From positions 102,424 to 166,423 of the forward strand of contig JBAZEM010000003.1 of NCBI GenBank assembly GCA_041653875.1: 64,000 nucleotides of DNA, written 5' to 3'. The translations under genes and the position numbers were made by a program. Positions within the stretch are counted from its first letter, which is position 1. Each line of letters begins with the position of its first letter. Shown here piece by piece: positions 57,897-64,000 of this stretch. The notes beneath the pieces were generated by a model, which did no database searches, was not told where the DNA came from, and was given only the letters and a program-made list of their open reading frames with translations. This stretch comes from Kiritimatiellia bacterium. GTDB lineage: Bacteria; Verrucomicrobiota; Kiritimatiellia; JAAZAB01.

Positions 57897-59234
57897 ATGG
57901 CGCTTACCGGTTTGCAAATCCAAAAACTGCTCCCAAAAACCAACTGCAAGGAATGCGGCTCCAACACCTGCCTGGCCTTTGCCATGAAACTGGCGGCGAA
58001 AAAGGCGGACTTGTCCGCATGCCCTTACGCATCGGAAGAAGCCAAGCGCGTGCTCGGCGCGGCGAGCGAACCGCCGGTCCGGGAGATCGCGCTCGGCGGC
58101 GGCCGCCGGCTCAAACTGGGCGCGGAAACCGTCCTGTTTCGCCATGAAAAAACGTTCGTGAACCAGACCGCGCTCGCGGTGAATGTGAACGACACCGATG
58201 AACCCGCGGCGCTGGCAAAGACGTTGCAGGCCATTCGCGATTACGTGCTGGTGCGCGTGGGTGAAACCCTGCTGGTGGAGTTGGTTTGCGTGACCCAAAA
58301 AGGGAATAGCCCGGCCCGCTTTGCCGCGCTCGCCAAACAGGCGTGGGAGACCGTTAAGCGGCCGCTCATTCTGCGCAGCGCCGACGCGGACGCCCTGCGC
58401 GAAGCGGCGGCGGCCGTCAAAGGCTCCGGCAGCGTGCTGGCCCCCGCCACGCCGGAAGCCGCCCGCGCGCTGGCGGCGGTCGCCAAAGAAAACGGTCATG
58501 CCCTGGCCGTCACCGCGCCGGATTTGAACGATTTGACGGCGCTGGCCGCCGGCTTGAGAGCAGAGGGGTTCGGCGATCTGATCCTGCAGTTTCAGACGCA
58601 TTCGCTGGCCGAACAATTCCAGACCAATACGATTGCCCGGCGCGCCGCGCTCAAGGACAATTACAAACCGCTCGGCTATCCCAGCCTCCGGTTCGTGGAA
58701 GGCGCCGAACTGCTCGCCTGCGCCACCCAGGCTGTCACGGAAATCTGCAAGTATGGCGGCATCTGCGTTCTGCCGGTTTTCGATCCGGCGCTCTTGGCCG
58801 TCCTTATGACCCTGCGCTTGAATCTTTATACTGACCCTCAAAAACCGATCCAGGTGGAGCCCAGGATTTACCCCGTGGGCGAACCCAAACCGGATTCGCC
58901 GGTGTTTGTGACCACGAACTTCTCGCTGACCTATTTCATTGTGTCCGGCGAAATCGAAAACAGCGGCACAAGCGCCTGGCTGGTGGTCCCGGAATGCGAA
59001 GGCATGAGCGTGCTCACCGCCTGGGCGGCCGGGAAATTCTCCGGCGCCTCGATCGGGAAATTTATCAAGGAGTCCGGTCTGGAACAACAAGTCACGACGC
59101 GTCACATCGTGATCCCCGGATATGTCGCGCAAATCAGCGGCGAACTGGAAGAAAGTCTCCCCGGCTGGAAAGTGCTCGTGGGGCCGCAGGAAGCCGCCGA
59201 TATCGAGAGCTTTGTCAAGGCGCGGCTGGCATAG
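57897..59234 (+). CDS. acsC: Corrinoid iron-sulfur protein large subunit (AcsC/CdhE)
   Basis: N-terminal CKECGSNTC...CPY [4Fe-4S] motif. TIM-barrel and C-terminal corrinoid-binding region. Confidence 0.85.
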   Translation: MALTGLQIQKLLPKTNCKECGSNTCLAFAMKLAAKKADLSACPYASEEAKRVLGAASEPPVREIALGGGRRLKLGAETVLFRHEKTFVNQTALAVNVNDTDEPAALAKTLQAIRDYVLVRVGETLLVELVCVTQKGNSPARFAALAKQAWETVKRPLILRSADADALREAAAAVKGSGSVLAPATPEAARALAAVAKENGHALAVTAPDLNDLTALAAGLRAEGFGDLILQFQTHSLAEQFQTNTIARRAALKDNYKPLGYPSLRFVEGAELLACATQAVTEICKYGGICVLPVFDPALLAVLMTLRLNLYTDPQKPIQVEPRIYPVGEPKPDSPVFVTTNFSLTYFIVSGEIENSGTSAWLVVPECEGMSVLTAWAAGKFSGASIGKFIKESGLEQQVTTRHIVIPGYVAQISGELEESLPGWKVLVGPQEAADIESFVKARLA

Positions 59235-59244
59235 GTCCGCCCGG

Positions 59245-59810
59245 CCCCGAATTCGGGCGCGGCACGGCCGCTGCACATTCTGTGCTGAAGATAACCGACG
59301 TGAAGTCGGCTCTACATGAAATAGTTGTGGAATTAGCCGCATAATTTAATTTAATAGGAAATTGCTCTCGGGTAGGGCCGGACTGCCAGTCCGGCCTCAG
59401 TCACGGAAGAACGGCGGGAAGCGGATATGCCTATGGCATGACAATCGGTGTAGAGCCGGTTTTTCCGCCATAGGCGGATCCGCTTTTGGCGGAATACCGG
59501 CTATTCTGTCCGAAGATAGCCGACATAAAGTCAGCTCTACATGAAAAAGTTGTGGAGTTAGCCGCACAATTTAATCTAATAGGAAATTGCTCTTGGGTAG
59601 GGCCGGACTGCCAGTCCGGCTTCAGTCACGGAAGAACGGCGGGAAGCGGATATGCCTATGGCATGACAATCGGTGTAGAGCCGGTTTTTCCGCCAGAGGC
59701 GGATCCGCCTCCGGTGGAATACCGGCTATTCCGTCCGAAGATAGCCGACATAAAGTCGGCTCTACATGAAAAAGTCGCCCCGTTCCTCGGGGCCTAACTT
59801 GAACAGGTTG
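59245..59810. repeat. Two tandem ~245-bp composite MITE-like units (family A in inverse orientation + additional module) ending in a family B hairpin
   Basis: Unit 1 ~59290-59535, unit 2 ~59536-59775, >90% identical. aagtcgccccgttcctcggggcctaac hairpin at 59774-59800. Confidence 0.75.
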
Positions 59811-59844
59811 TTTATTGACGGCTCCTAAAGAAACCCTCCAAACA

Positions 59845-61773
59845 ATGCCGCTTGTCACATTCCAACCTTCGGGCCGGACCGTACAAATTCCCCCCAAAAC
59901 CGAGTTGCTGGATGCGATCCGGGCCGCCGGCGTTTCCATCGATTCGCCCTGCGGAGGACGCGGCACCTGCGGCAAGTGCATCGTCCGCATTGTCGCCGGC
60001 GCCGTGGATGCCGGCCAGAGCCTCGGGATGCTGCCCTCCGCCACGGTGGCGGATGGTTACGTGCTTGCCTGCAAGACCAAGGTGCAGGATTCCAACCTGA
60101 CCGTGGAAATCCCAGCAATACAGGCGCGGGAAGGCGCGCAAATCGCCGCGGGCGATGAAACCATCCTGGTCCGCGGCGAGCTGCTCCCAAAAAACTGGGA
60201 ATACGATTCCCTTTCCGTCAAGTGGTGCGTGGACGTGCCGCCGCCCCGGCTGGAAGACGGACTTTCCGACTTGGACCGGCTCACCCGCCGCATTCAGCGG
60301 GAATGGGGCGCCGTGGAATTGCATTACCCCTTGACGGTTATCCGCGAGGTGGCGAACGCGCTTCGCGCCCAGCAGGGCGTGGTGACCGCCACCTTGATCC
60401 GGACCCCGGAACGGATTTATGTGGTCCGCCTGGAAGCGGGCGACCAAACCACCAGCCATTATGGCATTGCCGTGGACATCGGCACCACCACGGTTTCGGT
60501 CCAGCTCGTGAATCTGGCGCTGGCGGAAATCGTGGGGACGCGCAGCGATTACAACGACCAAATCGCCTGCGGCCTCGATGTGATCGGCCGGATCAATTAC
60601 GCCCGGCGGCCGGACCGGCTCCGGGAATTGCGCGAACGAATTCTGGCCACGATCAATCGCCTGATTTGCCAGGTAACGGAGCAGCAGGGGATCGCCCCGC
60701 ATCTCGTCAGCAACGCCGTGCTCTCCGGCAACACCACGATGGTGCATTTGCTGCTGGGCCTGAACCCGGAATATATCCGGCTGAAACCCTACACCCCCAC
60801 GGTTCTGGAAGTTCCCTACCTGACCGCCGCGGAAGTCGGCATCGATATCGCCCCGGATTCCTGGATTTATATTTCCCCGAGTGTCGGCAGCTATGTCGGC
60901 GGCGACATCACCGCCGGCGTGCTCTGCACGGATTTGGCGATGGACACCGCGGACGTTAACCTCTTTATCGATATCGGCACCAACGGCGAACTGGTGGTGG
61001 GCAACAACGAGTTTCTCCTTACCTGCGCCTGTTCCGCGGGCCCGGCATTCGAAGGCGGCGGGGTCGATTGCGGCATGCGCGCGGCCCTCGGCGCCATCGA
61101 GCGCGCGGAGGTGAACCCCGAGGATGGCGCCGCCCGCTATTGGACCATCGGCAATGTCCCGCCCAAGGGTATTTGCGGTTCCGGCATGATTTCCCTGCTG
61201 GCCGATCTGATCAAAACCGGCTGGCTCGATTTCGCCGGAAAACTTAACCGTGCTCGCCCGTCGCCCGCCATTAAAATCGAAGGACGCCACGCTCACTATA
61301 TCATTGCGCCGGCCGGCCGCGACGGATTGACACACCCCGTTGTCATCAGCGAACCGGATATCGAAAATATCGTCCGCGCCAAGGCCGCCATCTATGCCGC
61401 TTGTTCGCTTTTGGTTCAGCACGCGGGCCTGACGTTCGGGGATTTGAAAAACGTTTACATCGGCGGTGGATTCGGACGGTTCCTCGATTTGGAGAAGGCC
61501 ATGACAATCGGCCTGATCCCGGAACTGCCGCGGGAAAAATACCACTACATCGGCAATTCCTCCCTGCTGGGTTCCTATATTGTGCTGGTTTCGCAGGATT
61601 ACCGCCAACGCCAATTGGAACTCGCCCGGCGCATGACGTATGTGGATCTCAGCTCGGATCCCCAATATATGGACCAGTACACCGGCGCGTTATTTCTGCC
61701 GCATACGGACCCGGCCCTGTTTCCCGGAGTTCATGCCGCGCTTCGTTCCAGCGGCATAACGCGTCCGGGATGA
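59845..61773 (+). CDS. Reductive activator of corrinoid enzyme (RACo-like: 2Fe-2S ferredoxin + ASKHA ATPase)
   Basis: MPLVTFQPSGRTV...CGGRGTCGKC 2Fe-2S motif. GIAVDIGTTT ASKHA phosphate-1. ~640 aa. Confidence 0.8.
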   Translation: MPLVTFQPSGRTVQIPPKTELLDAIRAAGVSIDSPCGGRGTCGKCIVRIVAGAVDAGQSLGMLPSATVADGYVLACKTKVQDSNLTVEIPAIQAREGAQIAAGDETILVRGELLPKNWEYDSLSVKWCVDVPPPRLEDGLSDLDRLTRRIQREWGAVELHYPLTVIREVANALRAQQGVVTATLIRTPERIYVVRLEAGDQTTSHYGIAVDIGTTTVSVQLVNLALAEIVGTRSDYNDQIACGLDVIGRINYARRPDRLRELRERILATINRLICQVTEQQGIAPHLVSNAVLSGNTTMVHLLLGLNPEYIRLKPYTPTVLEVPYLTAAEVGIDIAPDSWIYISPSVGSYVGGDITAGVLCTDLAMDTADVNLFIDIGTNGELVVGNNEFLLTCACSAGPAFEGGGVDCGMRAALGAIERAEVNPEDGAARYWTIGNVPPKGICGSGMISLLADLIKTGWLDFAGKLNRARPSPAIKIEGRHAHYIIAPAGRDGLTHPVVISEPDIENIVRAKAAIYAACSLLVQHAGLTFGDLKNVYIGGGFGRFLDLEKAMTIGLIPELPREKYHYIGNSSLLGSYIVLVSQDYRQRQLELARRMTYVDLSSDPQYMDQYTGALFLPHTDPALFPGVHAALRSSGITRPG

Positions 61774-61876
61774 GCCGGCCTGAAAGAATTACGTCCGATC
61801 CAAAGCAAGGGCTCGGTTGCGATCCAAAGACATTCCCGCGTGACAGACCGGCGCCGGATGGATAGAATCCCGTGCC

Positions 61877-63040
61877 ATGCAAGCCTCTGTTTTAAGACCG
61901 CACCCCGGCATAAACACCTTGGCTGTTCGCCGGGAGTACGAGCGCCGGTTCGGTTTCCGCACAGCCTTCACGGACACCGAAGGCCGGATCGGCGCCGGCG
62001 CCATCGATTGCGATTGTCGCGCCGCCCATGAACGCCAAGCCTTATGCCGCCGGATCGTGGCGGAATCGCTCCGCTGGGGCGAGCCGTTTATGGATCTATG
62101 CGCGTGCGAGCACATGCTATGGGGCATTCCGGTGATGGTCAACCAGCAGGTGCTCGGAGGGCTGGTCGCCTCGGCCAGCGCCGGCGATGGAAAACGCATG
62201 ACGCATCTGCGCAAAGCCGCGGATGCGTTATTAACCCTGGCGGTTGAAAACAACCTGACCAACGCCGCCCTGCTGACCGCGAACAGAGCCAAGGCGGACC
62301 GGGAACGGCAGAAAGCCGAGGCGATTCACGATTCCAAGACCGTGGATTACGATTATATCCGCTCCGTATATCTGCAGGAAGAGCCCGCCCTGATCGCCGC
62401 CATCCGCGAAGGCGAGCGCGGCGCGGCGCGCGCCATCATCAATCGTGTATTGGTCGGCATTTATTTTCTCGGCCGGCGCCGGCTCGATCTTTTGAAAAGC
62501 CTTGTATTGGAACTCGTGGTCATGATGTCGCGCGCCGCGGTCGAAACAGGCGCGGATCCCGCGGAAATACTCGGCAGTCATTATCGCAGTCTGGTGGAAT
62601 TGGACACAATCCTGGACGATGAAACCCTAACCCGCTGGCTGGCCGGCATCCTGGAACGAATCATGGATGCCATCCGCGACAAGCGGCGTTACCCCAGCAC
62701 CATCTTGCTGGGCCATGCGCTTCGGCATATGCGGGAGCATCTCGCCGGCGATATTAACCGCGACCAGGTGGCCAAGGTGGCGGGACTTTCGCCAAGCGTG
62801 TTTTCCCATCTCATGCGCGAACAACTCAACACTTCCTTTACCGAGTTGCTCACGCAATACCGGGTGGATCGCGCCGCCGAACTCCTGGCCCGGGCCACGG
62901 ACCCCATCTCGGAAGTGGCCTTGACTTGCGGCTTCCCGGATCAAAGTTATTTCACCAAAGTCTTTAAGAAGCGCATGGGAAAAACCCCGTTCGTTTACCG
63001 CCACGAACATGCTCCGGCCCTGACGGTCCCCGCAAAATGA
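61877..63040 (+). CDS. AraC-family transcriptional regulator with N-terminal PocR-like sensory domain
   Basis: C-terminal double HTH (VAKVAGLSPSVFSHLMREQ..., TCGFPDQSYFTKVFKKRMGKTP). Confidence 0.7.
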   Translation: MQASVLRPHPGINTLAVRREYERRFGFRTAFTDTEGRIGAGAIDCDCRAAHERQALCRRIVAESLRWGEPFMDLCACEHMLWGIPVMVNQQVLGGLVASASAGDGKRMTHLRKAADALLTLAVENNLTNAALLTANRAKADRERQKAEAIHDSKTVDYDYIRSVYLQEEPALIAAIREGERGAARAIINRVLVGIYFLGRRRLDLLKSLVLELVVMMSRAAVETGADPAEILGSHYRSLVELDTILDDETLTRWLAGILERIMDAIRDKRRYPSTILLGHALRHMREHLAGDINRDQVAKVAGLSPSVFSHLMREQLNTSFTELLTQYRVDRAAELLARATDPISEVALTCGFPDQSYFTKVFKKRMGKTPFVYRHEHAPALTVPAK

Positions 63041-63080
63041 ATTTCCACCCAAGTTTGCGCGCGCGGTCTCGCGAGGAAAG

Positions 63081-63157
63081 TGGTACCCCGGAGAGGATTT
63101 GAACCTCCGACCTGCCGATTAGGAATCGGCTGCTCTGTCCAGCTGAGCTACCGGAGT
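63081..63157 (-). tRNA. tRNA-Arg (anticodon CCT)
   Basis: Reverse complement folds as a cloverleaf: acceptor ACTCCGG/CCGGGGT (one G-U), D-arm GCTCAGCTGGACAGAGC, anticodon arm GCCGA-TTCCTAA-TCGGC, T-arm GGAGGTTCAAATCCTCT. CCA is encoded. Confidence 0.8.
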
Positions 63158-63220
63158 ATAAACGCCTTACGGCAACGGCAAGCTACCATAGCGCACGGGT
63201 AATTGACAATCACGCAGAAA

Positions 63221-64000
63221 TCAGATTTTCCGGCGGGATTCGAGGAAATCGGTTTCGTCACGGCGGGTCCAGGTTTTGACGCGCAACAGTTCCATCGAGG
63301 AAATCTGCGGATAGAGCACGATCTTGCCCTCCACGGCGGCGGCCTTGATCAGCTCAAGGGCCTTGGGAAACCGGTCAAGACTGCCGACCATGTCCAAGTG
63401 CAGGCCGGGATCGAACTCGCCGGCCGCCACCATGCGCAGGGCCTCGGCAACATCCGCCGGACTGCCCCCACTCGACCCGCACAGGCGGATTTCATCGTAG
63501 TGCACGCGGAGGGTATCGAGTTCGATCGTGTGTTCGCCGCGCTTCAATCCGCCAAAGAGATTCAACACGCCGCCCTTGGCCAGCCACTGCTGGCTCGCTT
63601 GCTGTACGTTGCGGATTCCCACGGCGGCGATGATATCGTCGGCGCCCTTGCCGTTACTGACCTGCTTGATGAGCGCCAACCCTTCGGCCGAGAGCACGGC
63701 ATGCAGTTGGGTGCCGGCCTGTCTGGCTTTGGCCGTCAAGCTCGCGCGGACGCACGCCAGGCGTTGCTCGATGACATCCATGACGATCAGGTGGCGCGGC
63801 GCAAAGCGCAAGGCGGCCTCGGCATGCATCCGGCCCATGGGCCCCGCGCCAATGACCACGGCGACGCCGTCGCGCAAAAGACCCAACTGCGGGACGCGCG
63901 GCGCGGTCGGCGATTGCTGGTGGATATGGATGTGCCGGTCCTGGGCTGAAATCACGCAGGAAAGCGGCTCGCACAAGGCCCCGGCAAAGAAGGGAATGGC
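63221..64000 (-). CDS. Partial (C-terminal part; 5' end beyond window) zinc-type medium-chain dehydrogenase/reductase
   Basis: Rossmann motif VIGAGPMGRM and MDR C-terminal region. The ORF continues past 64000. Confidence 0.6.
   Translation of the reverse strand, partial: AIPFFAGALCEPLSCVISAQDRHIHIHQQSPTAPRVPQLGLLRDGVAVVIGAGPMGRMHAEAALRFAPRHLIVMDVIEQRLACVRASLTAKARQAGTQLHAVLSAEGLALIKQVSNGKGADDIIAAVGIRNVQQASQQWLAKGGVLNLFGGLKRGEHTIELDTLRVHYDEIRLCGSSGGSPADVAEALRMVAAGEFDPGLHLDMVGSLDRFPKALELIKAAAVEGKIVLYPQISSMELLRVKTWTRRDETDFLESRRKI

Noticed and set aside
59245-59810. Possible CRISPR array (regularly spaced direct repeats)
   Set aside because: The repeat unit is ~245 bp with internal palindromes and no unique spacers. 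There are only two units and no cas genes. It is a MITE-type tandem duplication.

Overview
High-GC (~60%+) Gram-negative bacterial chromosome segment, most likely from an anaerobe of PVC-type lineage. All genes from 1-21954 except the histidine kinase and GtrA are on the minus strand. From 22163-63040 they are almost all on the plus strand. Left half: a partial second RACo-like gene, galU, a GHMP kinase, recJ, secDF, yajC, an lptB/lptA/lptC-kdsA-kdsB LPS block, a ferredoxin-fused EtfA with EtfB, a histidine kinase, GtrA, recO, ybeY, a 7TM-HD (PgpH-like) hydrolase, a PLP aminotransferase and a HIT protein. Right half: holA, a PfkB kinase, an NtrC-like sigma-54 activator followed by a candidate sigma-54 promoter and a membrane-anchored Hsp20, an ABC ATPase / ABC-2 permease / GldG / DUF4340 cluster, and a complete Bat-type operon (MoxR, DUF58, TM protein, BatA, fused BatB/C, BatD, TPR protein). 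Then an AbiEii-like nucleotidyltransferase with a small overlapping upstream partner, an NqrF-like reductase with no canonical start codon, a tandem STAS pair, a HypB-like protein with a destroyed P-loop, and a carbonyl-branch Wood-Ljungdahl cluster. That cluster reads HMT-domain protein, core-MetE, Zn-ribbon mini-protein, cooC, coiled-coil mini-protein, cooC/acsF, cooS, an AcsB-AcsD fusion, acsC, RACo and a PocR/AraC regulator. It ends with tRNA-Arg(CCU) and a partial MDR dehydrogenase. The window is unusually saturated with at least six families of REP/MITE-like inverted-repeat elements that sit in most intergenic gaps and seed spurious ORFs. The most interesting candidate system is the CODH/ACS-corrinoid cluster. 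It is physically joined to two homocysteine methyltransferase-type genes and a P-loop-dead HypB paralog. No AcsE-type methyltransferase is present within the window.
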